50,288 nucleotides of DNA from an uncultured Bacilli bacterium (GCA_904374795.1 CAJFEV010000009.1:1-50288), one strand, 5' to 3'. Shown: positions 8,763 through 19,333, numbered from the stretch's first letter. Program-made: numbers and translations. The notes: generated from the sequence alone by a model not told the origin.

Positions 8763-9251
8763 ATGAAAAAAAATAAAAAAAAATTATGGGGAATTTTATT
8801 TCTATCTTTAGCTATATGTATTTTCGTTTATGATACGTATTCTTATCATTTTTCTGATCATGCAAGCAAAAAAAAAGAAAATTTAACTGTAGAATATGAA
8901 AATGCTGGGAATTTACTTTTATCAAATATTCGTGAAGGAAGTACGACTTCCTTACATATTAAAGTGAAAAATGAAACGGATGAGTCGAAAGATTATCAAT
9001 TAAAGTTTATTGAAGTTTATAATGAACTTTATTCTAAAGATCAAGTTACGTATTCTTTTAGTAGAGATAATAAGAGTGTTGAAATAAGTAGTGCAGTTTT
9101 TCCTAGTGAAACAACAACAATATATGATGGTGAGTTAATAAATCCTGGAGAAGTTGTGGATTATGTATTGACTGTAGTAGTTCATAATCTTAATGAGTTA
9201 GATATTGGAAAAAATCTTCAAGCAAGAATAATTTTGGAAGAAATAGAATAG
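8763..9251 (+). CDS. Secreted protein with SipW-dependent-type signal peptide (TasA/camelysin-like beta-sandwich)
   Basis: N-terminus MKKNKKKLWGILFLSLAICIFVYDTYSYHFSD resembles the SipW-cognate motif (G/D)T(Y/F)(A/S)YF(S/T)D. Followed 12 nt later by a paralogous signal. Confidence 0.5.
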   Translation: MKKNKKKLWGILFLSLAICIFVYDTYSYHFSDHASKKKENLTVEYENAGNLLLSNIREGSTTSLHIKVKNETDESKDYQLKFIEVYNELYSKDQVTYSFSRDNKSVEISSAVFPSETTTIYDGELINPGEVVDYVLTVVVHNLNELDIGKNLQARIILEEIE

Positions 9252-9263
9252 TGGGGCTAGAAA

Positions 9264-10718
9264 ATGAAACAAAAGAGAATGTTTGTAGTTATCATATCAT
9301 CTTTAGTCATAATGATTTCTTTGACCTATCAAGGAACGTATTCATATTTTACATCAAGAGTAGAAGGAACAGGAAATATAGAGAATAATCAGTCTCAAGG
9401 TCAAACGAATACATTACAAAATTTGATTATTGGTGAATCGGCGAATGTTGTAAGTAGTAATATGATACCAGGAGATAGTGTTACGTATACATTTACTGTT
9501 CAAAATCCAAATAATATAGAGGTATGTTATAACTTATTATGGAATAATACAACAAATACATTTGTAAATCAAAAAGATTTGCGAGTAACCTTAGCAAAAA
9601 GCGATGGAACCGTATTAGTGAAAGATGCTCAATTTCCTGCAACAACTAGTGGAACTACGATGATATTAGAAGGAACAAGAATCGAAGCTAGCACAACAGA
9701 TACATTTACATTAACTGTAACCTATCAAAATACAGAAGAAGATCAGACAGCAGATATGGGAAAAAGTTTTAGTGGAACCATTATAGGAGAACTAGGGGAA
9801 TGTAAAGTTCCAACTGCTGTAGAAACCATTTTAGCAAAAGGAGAAACAGATGAATTAAAGTTTGATGGAACAGTTGATAACAATTTAAGATATATAGGGT
9901 CTAATCCAAATAATTATGTACAATTCAATAATGAATTATGGAGAGTAATAGGCGTGTTTAATAATATAGATGATGGAACAGGAACAAAAGAGACGAGATT
10001 AAAAATCATAAGAAACGAACCAATAGGAGAATATAGTTGGGATAATAAAGCAAGTGGAACAGGATCATCTACTTCATCATATGGAAGCAATGATTGGAGT
10101 GATAGTGCCTTAAAAATCGTCTTAAATGAAGGCGCATATTGGAATAGAACAAGTGGAGAGTGCCCATATGGACAAAACGGGGCTACAACGTCTTGTGACT
10201 TCAGTACCAATGGATTAACAGAAGAAGCCAAGGCTATGATAAGTAATGCCAAATGGAACTTAGGAGGAACAGCAAGTTATACAAGTAGTAGTAATGGATT
10301 AGCAAGTCATTGGTACACATATGAAAGAGGCACAGAGGTATATAGTGGAAGACCAACAGAATGGATAGGCAAAATAGGACTTATGTATCCAAGTGACTAT
10401 GGATATGCAACAGCAGGAGGAAGTACAACAAATAGAGAAACATGTTTAAAAACAGCATTATATAATTGGGATGGTTCAAGTGTAAGCGATTGCAAAAATA
10501 ACGACTGGTTGTATGATAGTTCAAATTATCAATGGACTTTAACTCCTCATTCCAGGGGTTCAGATGTTGTGTTCTCTGTGGTCAGTGATGGGCACGTCTT
10601 CAGCAGCTTTGCGAGCCGCGCGGACTTTGCTGTTTCCCCCGCCTTATATCTATCCTCTAATGTTAAGATAAGTGGAGGAGATGGGTCTCAAAGTAATCCT
10701 TATCAGTTGAGTCTATAA
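9264..10718 (+). CDS. Secreted protein with SipW-dependent-type signal peptide, TasA-like N-domain and a C-terminal W-x-L-(T/R)-(S/T)-P..V(S/R)PAL domain (DUF6273-like)
   Basis: LTYQGTYSYFTSRVEG signal motif. C-terminus YQWTLTPHSRGSDVVFSVVSDGHV...AVSPALYLSS. Confidence 0.5.
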   Translation: MKQKRMFVVIISSLVIMISLTYQGTYSYFTSRVEGTGNIENNQSQGQTNTLQNLIIGESANVVSSNMIPGDSVTYTFTVQNPNNIEVCYNLLWNNTTNTFVNQKDLRVTLAKSDGTVLVKDAQFPATTSGTTMILEGTRIEASTTDTFTLTVTYQNTEEDQTADMGKSFSGTIIGELGECKVPTAVETILAKGETDELKFDGTVDNNLRYIGSNPNNYVQFNNELWRVIGVFNNIDDGTGTKETRLKIIRNEPIGEYSWDNKASGTGSSTSSYGSNDWSDSALKIVLNEGAYWNRTSGECPYGQNGATTSCDFSTNGLTEEAKAMISNAKWNLGGTASYTSSSNGLASHWYTYERGTEVYSGRPTEWIGKIGLMYPSDYGYATAGGSTTNRETCLKTALYNWDGSSVSDCKNNDWLYDSSNYQWTLTPHSRGSDVVFSVVSDGHVFSSFASRADFAVSPALYLSSNVKISGGDGSQSNPYQLSL

Positions 10719-10729
10719 TTTTATTTAAG

Positions 10730-10753
10730 TTCTTACTTTTGTAAGAATTTTTT
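10730..10753 (+). terminator. Rho-independent terminator
   Basis: TTCTTAC-TTTT-GTAAGAA followed by TTTTTT. Confidence 0.6.
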
Positions 10754-10804
10754 CTTGTTTTTTGATTTGTTCACTTTTATAATAGAATTATTCGGGGGAA
10801 TACT

Positions 10805-12595
10805 ATGAAAAATGTTTATAAGTTGTTTGGCATTTGGAAACGAATTTTAAAAGTTCAAAAGTTGTATGAAATTGAAAAGAAAGAATGTTATAAGATTGTT
10901 TTAGAAGATTTGATTCAACAAAGAGAAGAAATTTTAAATTGTTTTGAAAAAAATTATATGGCTTTTCATGATGTTGTTAAAAGAATTGAAAAGAAATATG
11001 GGTATACTTTTCAAGGCTCTTTGCTTGCAAATCTGATAACTAATCAGAACTTACCTACTGAAGTATTATTTACCTTTAGTTCTTTACAATCCATTTGGGA
11101 GTTTTTTGAATGCCAGGCTTTTAGTGCATTAAATTTTGAAGAAGCTTTATCTGTTAAAAATATTTCGTATTTTAGAGAGTATATTGAAGCTTTTTTGAGT
11201 TTTAAAAATTGGGAATATCAGGTTAGTCAAACATATTTAGATATGACTTCCACATTAAAAGATTTTTTTTCTCCTTTTGTACAAGCAAATGATAGGTTTA
11301 AAATGCCTATTTTTAAGCAAAATGAAAAATCTTTTGAAATGGAAATGAATGTTTTAAAAAAATTATATAAAAAATTGGTTCAATATAATATTGGAAAAAC
11401 AGAACATGAAGAATTTTTATTGTTATTTGAAGCGTGTTTGAAAAACTTTCCTGAATCTTATTTGATTGATATATGGAACGAATTACAATCTTATTTTTTT
11501 ACATTGGATCTTGCTGATGTTTATGAAAAATATTTTCATGAAGTGAACAGTATATTATTAAAATATAAAGTTGGTTCGTTAGAATATGAAGATTTACAAG
11601 AAGCTGATCTTCAAAATGTTGATTTTAATGGTTTTGAGTATTATCAAAATGTTTTTTTGATGGATATCAGATATTCTTATAAAGATATTGTTAAATATCA
11701 TAATGCTTTTTTACAATTAGAAAATTTGGAACTTCATATTTTACATGTTTATCAACGACTTATGATGTGTAAGTTGCACAGCGAACAAGATACTAAAAAG
11801 TCATTTTATCAGAATGTTTTAAAAAGTTTACTTGAACAAGAAAAAAACTTTTATACATACGTAGATTTTGTGGAATTTCAAAACTATTTACGAATTATTT
11901 ATAATCCGAAGATAAATTATTTTCCATTTATGTTTTTAGATTTACTTCCTAATGGAGATGAGAAGAAAGAAAAAGAATTTGTTTTGCACCGTATGATAAA
12001 TTATGAGATAGATGCTCTTTTCACCACTTTATCTTCTGTATCTTTTTCTGAACCTGGTACTATTCAAGTTCTCGAAGAAATAGAAGTTGAACCTCCTGAT
12101 ATGGAGATGCTTCAAAAATTTTTATTTTCTTTGACTTCGTTTGTTCTTGATAAGATTTCTAAAGATGAATTTTTAAAGGAATTAGAAAAAATAGGTTTCA
12201 ACTTTGAAGAACAATTTGAATATTTAAAAGAAGAACAGATCGCTTTTTTATGGCAATATATAGAAAAGAATTTTTTGAATATTCTTTTAAAAAATGGTGA
12301 ACAAGAGCTTGTTTGGTATTATATGTTTTTTAAAAATAAAGAAATGGAATATTTGGTTCAAAAAGACTTTAATTGTATGTTAACAATAAATGATTCTTTT
12401 AATGCAGTTTTTTATCCTATTCTTCGTAAATTTCTTATTGAAGATCTTCAAAGAACTAAAAAAGAAATATCTAATAGTGATGATGCTAGGAAAAAGAAAT
12501 TGTTTTCTTATTATTTAGAAAGTTGTTTGACTTTTTTCAAAGATAAAGATAAGGCAAAATTTCAAAAAATTCGCGAAATTGTTCGAAAAAAATAA
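10805..12595 (+). CDS. Hypothetical protein (596 aa, helical, acidic)
   Basis: Long uninterrupted ORF with RBS GGGGGAATACT upstream. No motif recognised. Confidence 0.5.
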   Translation: MKNVYKLFGIWKRILKVQKLYEIEKKECYKIVLEDLIQQREEILNCFEKNYMAFHDVVKRIEKKYGYTFQGSLLANLITNQNLPTEVLFTFSSLQSIWEFFECQAFSALNFEEALSVKNISYFREYIEAFLSFKNWEYQVSQTYLDMTSTLKDFFSPFVQANDRFKMPIFKQNEKSFEMEMNVLKKLYKKLVQYNIGKTEHEEFLLLFEACLKNFPESYLIDIWNELQSYFFTLDLADVYEKYFHEVNSILLKYKVGSLEYEDLQEADLQNVDFNGFEYYQNVFLMDIRYSYKDIVKYHNAFLQLENLELHILHVYQRLMMCKLHSEQDTKKSFYQNVLKSLLEQEKNFYTYVDFVEFQNYLRIIYNPKINYFPFMFLDLLPNGDEKKEKEFVLHRMINYEIDALFTTLSSVSFSEPGTIQVLEEIEVEPPDMEMLQKFLFSLTSFVLDKISKDEFLKELEKIGFNFEEQFEYLKEEQIAFLWQYIEKNFLNILLKNGEQELVWYYMFFKNKEMEYLVQKDFNCMLTINDSFNAVFYPILRKFLIEDLQRTKKEISNSDDARKKKLFSYYLESCLTFFKDKDKAKFQKIREIVRKK

Positions 12596-12640
12596 TTTTT
12601 CTGTGATATAATTGATTGGCATGTTAGAAAGAGTGAAAGT

Positions 12641-14761
12641 ATGGATAATAAAGAAGTTTTAGCAAAGAATTTAGGAATTAAAGTATCGCAAGTAGAAGCC
12701 GTTTTAAATTTGCTTAGTGAGGGTGCAACAATTCCTTTTATTGCTCGTTATAGAAAAGAAGCAACGGGTTCATTAGATGAAGAACAGATAAGAAGTATTG
12801 AAAAAGAATATACCTATTTAGAAAATTTACTCAAAAGAAAAGAAGATGTTATTCGACTTATCGAAGAAAAAGATTTGATGACAGATGAATTACGAACTTC
12901 TATTTTAGCTTGTGAAAAATTAAGTGATGTAGAGGATTTATATCGACCATTTAAAGAAAAGAAAAAAACTAAGGCTAGTGAAGCTATTAAAATGGGACTT
13001 GAGCCATTAGCTAAAAAAATGATGAGTTTTCCAGTCAACGGAACAATGGAAAAGTTAGCAAGTGGCTTTGAATGTGGAGTAGAAAAAGCGATTGAAGGGG
13101 CAAAATACATTATTGCTGAGTGGATAAGTGATAATGCTTATTATCGAAAATTTATTAAAAAAGAAATTTGGAATAATGGAACTATTGTTAGCAAAATTAA
13201 GAAAAATGCTGTTGATGAAAAAAAGGTTTATCAAATGTATTATGATTTTGAAGAAAAAATTAAATATGCTAAACACTACCGGATTTTAGCTATGAATCGA
13301 GGAGAAGAAGAAAAGGTTTTGTCTGTTTCTCTAGATTTTGATAAAGAGAAAATTTTAGAATATTTAAAAAGTAAAATGATTAAAAATAAAGATTCCTTTG
13401 TCGTTTTAGAAGTAGAAAGCGCAATTGAGGATGCTTTAAAACGTTTGATTTATCCTAGTGTTGAAAGAGAAATACGTGCGGATTTAACAGAAATGGCCGA
13501 GAAAAAAGCAATTTTAACTTTCCAAGATAATTTAGAGCATTTGCTTATGACTAAGCCTGTTAAAGATAAAGTGGTTTTAGGGTTTGATCCGGCGTTTCGT
13601 ACAGGATGTAAATTAGCAGTTTTAAATCCTTATGGTAACGTTTTAGAAATTGCAACGATTTATCCTCATGAACCAAAAAACGAAAAAGAAAAGAGTAAAG
13701 AAATTTTGACTTCCTTAATTCAAAAGTATGGTGTACAAATTATTGCTATTGGAAATGGTACTGCTTCAAGAGAGAGTGAAGCTTTTGTAGCTGATGCAAT
13801 TAAAGGAACGAATGTTTACTACAATTTAGTTAGTGAAGCTGGTGCTTCTGTTTATTCAGCTAGTCCCTTAGCTATTAAAGAGTTTCCAGATTTAACGGTT
13901 GAAAAAAGAAGCGCGATTTCAATTGGACGAAGAGTACAAGATCCATTATCTGAACTTGTTAAAATTGATCCAAAAAGTATCGGTGTTGGAGAATATCAAC
14001 ATGATGTAAATCAAAAAGAACTTTCAGAAGCTTTAGGTTTTACGGTTTCTAAAATTGTCAATGAAATTGGGGTGAATATTAATACAGCTAGCGCAAGTAT
14101 TTTAAGTTATATTTCTGGTTTAACGAAAAAGACTATTGATAGTATTTTGAAATTTCGTGAAAAGAAAACTTTTACTTCAAGAGAAGAAGTTAAGAAACTT
14201 GCAGGTTTTACAGATAAGGTTTATGAACAATCTATTGGTTTTTTACGAGTAATTGATGGCGAAAATCTTTTAGATAGAACTAGAATTCATCCGGAAAGTT
14301 ATGAGCTTGCTAGAAAAGTTTTGCTATCTTTACAGTTAGATTTGAAAAATTTAGGAACGCAAGAATTTAATGAAGTTTTAAGTAAAGCTAATGCTTCTAA
14401 ACTTGCTAAAGAATTAGATGCGGATGTTTATACGATAGAAGATATTTTAGAAGAATTAAAACATCCAGGTCAAGATTACCGTGATAAATTAGATGATATT
14501 GTTTTAAAGAGTGATATTTTAACCATTCATGATTTAAAAGAAGGAATGGAACTTAAAGGTACGGTTCGTAATGTTACGAGCTTTGGAGCTTTTATTGATA
14601 TTGGATTACATGATGATGGATTAGTACATATTTCTAAAATGAGTAAAAGTTTTGTCAAAAATCCTAATGATATTTTAAGTGTTGGAGATATCGTAACTGT
14701 CTATGTTTGTGGCATTGATTTGGAAAAAGAAAAAGTTCAATTATCACTCATTAAAGAATAA
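12641..14761 (+). CDS. tex: Tex-like transcription accessory protein (S1 RNA-binding domain protein)
   Basis: 706 aa. N-terminal IPFIARYRKEATG motif, YqgF-like GFDPAFRTGCK, HhH region, C-terminal S1 domain GTVRNVTSFGAFIDIG. Confidence 0.9.
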   Translation: MDNKEVLAKNLGIKVSQVEAVLNLLSEGATIPFIARYRKEATGSLDEEQIRSIEKEYTYLENLLKRKEDVIRLIEEKDLMTDELRTSILACEKLSDVEDLYRPFKEKKKTKASEAIKMGLEPLAKKMMSFPVNGTMEKLASGFECGVEKAIEGAKYIIAEWISDNAYYRKFIKKEIWNNGTIVSKIKKNAVDEKKVYQMYYDFEEKIKYAKHYRILAMNRGEEEKVLSVSLDFDKEKILEYLKSKMIKNKDSFVVLEVESAIEDALKRLIYPSVEREIRADLTEMAEKKAILTFQDNLEHLLMTKPVKDKVVLGFDPAFRTGCKLAVLNPYGNVLEIATIYPHEPKNEKEKSKEILTSLIQKYGVQIIAIGNGTASRESEAFVADAIKGTNVYYNLVSEAGASVYSASPLAIKEFPDLTVEKRSAISIGRRVQDPLSELVKIDPKSIGVGEYQHDVNQKELSEALGFTVSKIVNEIGVNINTASASILSYISGLTKKTIDSILKFREKKTFTSREEVKKLAGFTDKVYEQSIGFLRVIDGENLLDRTRIHPESYELARKVLLSLQLDLKNLGTQEFNEVLSKANASKLAKELDADVYTIEDILEELKHPGQDYRDKLDDIVLKSDILTIHDLKEGMELKGTVRNVTSFGAFIDIGLHDDGLVHISKMSKSFVKNPNDILSVGDIVTVYVCGIDLEKEKVQLSLIKE

Positions 14762-14765
14762 AAAA

Positions 14766-14799
14766 ATGCACTGTTTTTTGAAAATTCAGTGCATTTTTG
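14766..14799 (+). terminator. Rho-independent terminator of tex
   Basis: ATGCACTG (14766-14773) / CAGTGCAT (14787-14794) followed by TTTT. Confidence 0.6.
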
Positions 14800-14951
14800 C
14801 TTTTTGCAAACGCGTTTTTGTCAAAAAAAGTGCATTTTTATGAAAAAAATAATAAATTTGCCCTAAATTTTAAAAATTCAGTGCATTTTTCTTTTTTCTT
14901 TTAATTTTTATGAAAAAAGGGTATAATAAAAACAATATTGAAGGTGATTTT

Positions 14952-16763
14952 ATGTGCGGTATTGCCGGTTTTGTTGGTAAAGAAAAAAATATGAAAAAAG
15001 TTTTAAAAGGAATGACAGATCGTATTAAACATAGAGGTCCGGATGCTGAAGGATTCTTTGTTCGTGATGGTGTCGCTTTAGGTCAACGAAGATTATCCAT
15101 TATCGATATTGAGGGTGGTAAACAACCTATGTTTAGTCATGATGGAAATCTTGTCGTTGTTTTTAATGGGGAAATTTACAATTATAAGGAATTAAAAAAA
15201 GAATTAAAAAATTATCCTTTCCAAACGGATAGCGATACAGAGGTTCTTTTGTATGGATATCAAGAATGGGGTAAAGATTTACCTAATCATTTACGTGGTA
15301 TGTTTGCTTTTGCACTTTATGATATTCAAGAAAAAACTTTATTTTGTGCAAGAGACCCTTTTGGAATAAAACCTTTCTATTATTATCAAAATCATGGTAC
15401 ATTTATGTTTGCTTCTGAAATTAAAGCTTTTTTAGATCATCCAAAATTTGAAAAGAAATTCAATGAAAAAATCTTGCCAGCTTATTTATCCTTTAGTTTT
15501 ACTCCAACTACTGAAACTTTTTTTGAAGGTGTGAAAAGGCTTGATGCCGGTTGCACTTTAACTTATCAAAATGGAGAAATTGATATTGCTCGTTATTATA
15601 AATTAGAATTTCCTATTGAGAAGAAAGATTATAAAAAAACTGTTAAAAAAATTGGAGAGGTTATGGAAGATAGTGTAGAGCATCATATGATTAGTGATGT
15701 TGAGGTCGGATCATTTTTGTCTAGTGGCATTGATTCTTCTTATCTTGTTTCTTTAGCTAAACCAGATAAAACATATACTGTTGGATATGATATCCCACGT
15801 TATAATGAGAGTGATTATGCTACAGATCTAGCTTCTAAGTTAGGTATTCAAAATAAGCAAAAAAAGATTAGCAAAGAAGAATATATGGAAACGTTAGATA
15901 AAGTTTTCTATCATATGGATGAACCAGCAAGCGATCCTGCTGTTGTCGCTTTGTATTTTGTTTCAAAACTTGCGAGTGAAGATGTAAAAGTCGTTCTTTC
16001 TGGAGAAGGAGCCGATGAATTCTTTGGTGGATATAATTCTTATCGTGAAGAAGTAGATTATTCTTTTTATAATAAAATTCCTTACTTTATTCGCCATGCC
16101 ATCGCTAAGCTTTGTTTGCATTTGCCTCCTATTCGTGGCATTAATTTTTTAGTTAGAAGAGGTATGACTTTAGAAGAAAATTATATAGGAGTTAATAAAG
16201 TTTGGAATGAACGTGAAGTAAAAAAACTTTTGAAAATTCCAGTAACTTTAAAAAATCAAAAAATTACTAAACCAGTTTATGATGAATTTAAAGGTGAGAG
16301 TAATTTAGTGAAAATGCAAGCCATTGATATTCATTTTTGGTTAATGAAAGACATTTTACAAAAAGCTGACCGAATGACGATGGCTAACTCTTTGGAGGGA
16401 AGAGTTCCATTTGTCGATAAAGAAGTTTTTCAAGTTGCCGCTTCTTTACCTTTAGAATATAAAGTTACTAAAGAAAACACAAAAGTTGCCTTACGTGAAG
16501 CAGCAAAAAAAGTGATTCCAACAGAAGCCTATAAAAAGAAAAAGCTTGGATTTCCTGTTCCTATTCGCGATTGGATGCGCGATGATGATGTGTATCAAAT
16601 GATTCAAAAAGCGTTTACTTCAAAAGTTGCCGTTAAGTATTTTGATACAAAAAAACTTTTAAGAATGTTAGAAGAACATAAAAATCATAAAAAAGATTAT
16701 TATCGTAAAATATGGAATGTGTTCACTTTTATTCGGTGGTATCAAGTTTTTTTTGAAAATTAA
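14952..16763 (+). CDS. asnB: Asparagine synthase (glutamine-hydrolysing)
   Basis: MCGIAGF N-terminal nucleophile start (ATG 14952 with GAAGGTGA RBS; the track ORF starts upstream at 14910). SGGIDSS-like SSGIDSS PP-loop and EGADEFFGGY motif. Confidence 0.9.
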   Translation: MCGIAGFVGKEKNMKKVLKGMTDRIKHRGPDAEGFFVRDGVALGQRRLSIIDIEGGKQPMFSHDGNLVVVFNGEIYNYKELKKELKNYPFQTDSDTEVLLYGYQEWGKDLPNHLRGMFAFALYDIQEKTLFCARDPFGIKPFYYYQNHGTFMFASEIKAFLDHPKFEKKFNEKILPAYLSFSFTPTTETFFEGVKRLDAGCTLTYQNGEIDIARYYKLEFPIEKKDYKKTVKKIGEVMEDSVEHHMISDVEVGSFLSSGIDSSYLVSLAKPDKTYTVGYDIPRYNESDYATDLASKLGIQNKQKKISKEEYMETLDKVFYHMDEPASDPAVVALYFVSKLASEDVKVVLSGEGADEFFGGYNSYREEVDYSFYNKIPYFIRHAIAKLCLHLPPIRGINFLVRRGMTLEENYIGVNKVWNEREVKKLLKIPVTLKNQKITKPVYDEFKGESNLVKMQAIDIHFWLMKDILQKADRMTMANSLEGRVPFVDKEVFQVAASLPLEYKVTKENTKVALREAAKKVIPTEAYKKKKLGFPVPIRDWMRDDDVYQMIQKAFTSKVAVKYFDTKKLLRMLEEHKNHKKDYYRKIWNVFTFIRWYQVFFEN

Positions 16764-16874
16764 AAATTCATTTAAGTTTTTAGTTTTTTTAGATAATTTA
16801 ATATAGAAAAAAGAAAGAAATCATAGTAAAATAAGATAAGCAAAACATATAGTTAAAATAGTAGGAGATACATT

Positions 16875-17468
16875 ATGAAAACAATTCATTATTTATATAC
16901 TTCGATTTTTTTCTTTTTTTGTTTTTTCTTTTTATCCATTTTTATTATTAATGGGAATACGATTTTTTTTGATGTGCCTTTTTATGAATGGATTAGTCAA
17001 TTTCCTTTAAAGGATTTCTTTATATTTATTACGGATTTTGGGGATACTTTATGGCTTTGTATTTTTATTCTTATTGCATTTTTTATCTTACGAAAAAAAA
17101 GAAACCGAGAACTTTTACTCGGTACAATGGTTGTTGAAACTGTTACGAATTTACTTCTTAAATATTTTTTCGGGAGAGAACGTCCAGGTTTTCCTCATTT
17201 AGTAGAAGCAACAGGCTATTCTTTTCCTAGTGGACATATGATGGCTACTACTTCGTTTTCATTTCTAATGATTTATTTTGTATGGGAAAGTAAACTTCCA
17301 AAAGTTTGGAAAATTTTATTAACTGTTTTATTTATCTTATTCACATTCCTCATTGGTTTAAGTAGAATATATTTAGGCGTTCATTATACAAGTGATGTTC
17401 TTGGAGCTTTTTGTATATCTTTATCTGTTCTTTCTTTTTGTATTTTTTTGTTTCGTTCGCTTAAGTAG
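16875..17468 (+). CDS. PAP2-family phosphatase (undecaprenyl-diphosphatase-like)
   Basis: KYFFGRERP, SFPSGH and SRIYLGVHYTSDV, the three PAP2 acid-phosphatase motifs. Multi-TM. Confidence 0.75.
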   Translation: MKTIHYLYTSIFFFFCFFFLSIFIINGNTIFFDVPFYEWISQFPLKDFFIFITDFGDTLWLCIFILIAFFILRKKRNRELLLGTMVVETVTNLLLKYFFGRERPGFPHLVEATGYSFPSGHMMATTSFSFLMIYFVWESKLPKVWKILLTVLFILFTFLIGLSRIYLGVHYTSDVLGAFCISLSVLSFCIFLFRSLK

Positions 17469-18119
17469 TTTTAAATGGGGAAATGCATGAATAAGTCTTC
17501 GATTAAGTAATTTTCTGGATTTTTCAATTTTTTCACGTACTAATTTTGTAATTCTTTCTGTATCATCTTTTTTGATCAGTATTTTATTTTGAATATTTTG
17601 ATTGATTTTCTGAATTTCTAAAATGGTTTTTGAGGATATGATATTATCAATAAGAAAAATAAATACAAGAATGATAGCTAAAATTATAGAAATATTCTGT
17701 GGAATTTTGTTGATAGTATTTATAAAAAACGGATTTACTTTATACATGATTAGAAGTCCAAAAATTCCAAAAGGAATCATTGTTTCTAAGCATATACGTC
17801 CATTAATGTTAAATTTATAATTTGTATAATCCCACCATCTAGTATGGTAGATTTTTTCTAAAAAGTAACTTGTAAAATATTCTAAAATAGAACAAATAAG
17901 AATAATCATAATAAAAAGGGTTAATGGATCATTTAAATATTTATTTAATAACAGGGTCATAATTATTGCTCCCCAACCGTAAATGGGGCAATAAGGACCG
18001 ATTAGAAATCCGCGGTTAACAAATTTATGATCGCTTATCAATTTACATCCGACTTCTAAACACCATCCTAGAAATGAATACATAAAAAATAATAAAATAT
18101 ATGTTGAAATTTGTTGCAT
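17421..18119 (-). CDS. Polytopic membrane protein (putative ABC-transporter type IV / CmpB-like family)
   Basis: YSFLGWCLEV...NRGFLIGPYCPIYGWGA N-terminal motif. Its 3' end overlaps the convergent PAP2 gene by 48 nt. Confidence 0.5.
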   Translation of the reverse strand: MQQISTYILLFFMYSFLGWCLEVGCKLISDHKFVNRGFLIGPYCPIYGWGAIIMTLLLNKYLNDPLTLFIMIILICSILEYFTSYFLEKIYHTRWWDYTNYKFNINGRICLETMIPFGIFGLLIMYKVNPFFINTINKIPQNISIILAIILVFIFLIDNIISSKTILEIQKINQNIQNKILIKKDDTERITKLVREKIEKSRKLLNRRLIHAFPHLKLLKRTKQKNTKRKNR

Positions 18120-18239
18120 TTTTACCTCTTTCTATTTTCTTATTATACTTTTTTGTCAATAAAGAGTCAATAAAACAGATATATGCGCATTCTTTTTCTT
18201 TTTTGGTGTATAATGATTTTAAGGAAGGTAGGCGATTTT

Positions 18240-18635
18240 ATGAAAAAGAAAACTGCTGCAGCATTATTAGGAGGTGCCGCGATTGGAGCTGGATTGGGTA
18301 TTTTGTTTGCTCCAAAAAGTGGTAAGGAAACTAGAGCGGATTTAAAAGAAAAATTAGATGAACTCATAAAACAAGCAAAAGAAGTTGATATGGATGATGT
18401 GAAAGAATATGTTGTTCGTAAATCTGAAGAAATTGAAGCAGCTTTAAAAGACTTAGATAAAGAAAAGGTTTTGAAGATTGCTCAAAAAAAAGCTCAAGAT
18501 ATTCAAAAAAGTGCTAAAGATTTAGTGGATTATGTTAAAGCAAAAGGAGAGCCTATGTTAGAAGAAGCTGCAACTGCTGTGCGAGAAAAAGCTATAGAAG
18601 TTACTAAAGGCGTTTTGAAAAAACTTGAAGGTTAG
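18240..18635 (+). CDS. YtxH-domain protein
   Basis: MKKKTAAALLGGAAIGAGLGILFAPKSGKETRADLKEKL. ATG 18240 with RBS AAGGAAGG and extended -10 TGTGTATAAT upstream. Confidence 0.7.
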   Translation: MKKKTAAALLGGAAIGAGLGILFAPKSGKETRADLKEKLDELIKQAKEVDMDDVKEYVVRKSEEIEAALKDLDKEKVLKIAQKKAQDIQKSAKDLVDYVKAKGEPMLEEAATAVREKAIEVTKGVLKKLEG

Positions 18636-18727
18636 TTTGCTTTTTCTTTTAAATATGATATACTATATTTAGTGAAGTGATACGAGTTGTATTACTTCTT
18701 TTTTTACTCGAGGTGATGAAAATTATT

Positions 18728-19333
18728 ATGGAAAATGATTGCTTTTATAAATATGAGTATGCTCAAAAAATGTTGGAAACAGAGCTTCATGTATTAATAA
18801 AGGAATTCGAAAGAAAACATGGGTATATGCCAGTTGAACATGTTAAGTTTAGAATTAAAACGAAAGAAAGCATAAAAAATAAATTGAAATCTAGAGGTTA
18901 TGAATATACTTTGGAAAATATAGAAAAACATATTTCAGATGTTGTAGGATTTAGAATTGTTGTTTCTTTTTTAAGTGATGTTTATGACATTGTGTCTATG
19001 ATTAGTCATTCAACAAATATTTTAATAAAAAAACGTAAAGATTATATTAAAGAGCCAAAAGATACGGGATACAGCAGTTATCATTTGATAGTATTAGTTC
19101 CTGTTTATTTAGAAGGATATGTTGAGTATGTAACTGCTGAGATACAAGTGCGGACTGTTGCAATGGATTTTTGGGCAAGTTTAGATCATAAAATCCGATA
19201 TAAATTCCAAGAAGAGATTCCTTCAGATGTTCAAGAGGCAATGCTTAGTTATGCGGAAGATATTCAAGAACTTGATCGTAAGATGTATGAAATGAATAAG
19301 ATTATGAGTAAGTATGAAAAAGACGAATATTAA
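18728..19333 (+). CDS. Small alarmone synthetase (RelP/RelQ-type GTP pyrophosphokinase)
   Basis: RelA_SpoT synthetase motifs DVVGFRIVV, SGYSSYHLIV, EIQVRTVAMDFWASLDHK. Start uncertain (GTG 18677, ATG 18716 or ATG 18728). Confidence 0.75.
   Translation: MENDCFYKYEYAQKMLETELHVLIKEFERKHGYMPVEHVKFRIKTKESIKNKLKSRGYEYTLENIEKHISDVVGFRIVVSFLSDVYDIVSMISHSTNILIKKRKDYIKEPKDTGYSSYHLIVLVPVYLEGYVEYVTAEIQVRTVAMDFWASLDHKIRYKFQEEIPSDVQEAMLSYAEDIQELDRKMYEMNKIMSKYEKDEY

Noticed and set aside
14780-14920. Repeated CAGTGCATTTTT and TTTTTATGAAAAAA elements upstream of asnB (considered as a T-box, riboswitch or attenuator)
   Set aside because: These look like partial duplications of the 3' arm of the tex terminator. 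I see no specifier or antiterminator structure or conserved riboswitch core.
17421-17468. 48-nt convergent overlap of the PAP2 and membrane-protein genes as a regulatory feature
   Set aside because: Both stops are fixed, so the overlap is real, but nothing in the sequence suggests more than compact gene packing.
18101-18367. ORFs 18101..18325(+) and 18167..18367(-) and the long 18183 start of the YtxH gene
   Set aside because: They overlap the promoter and RBS region of the YtxH-like gene. The MKKKTAAALL start at 18240 has the RBS and promoter, so the others are spurious.
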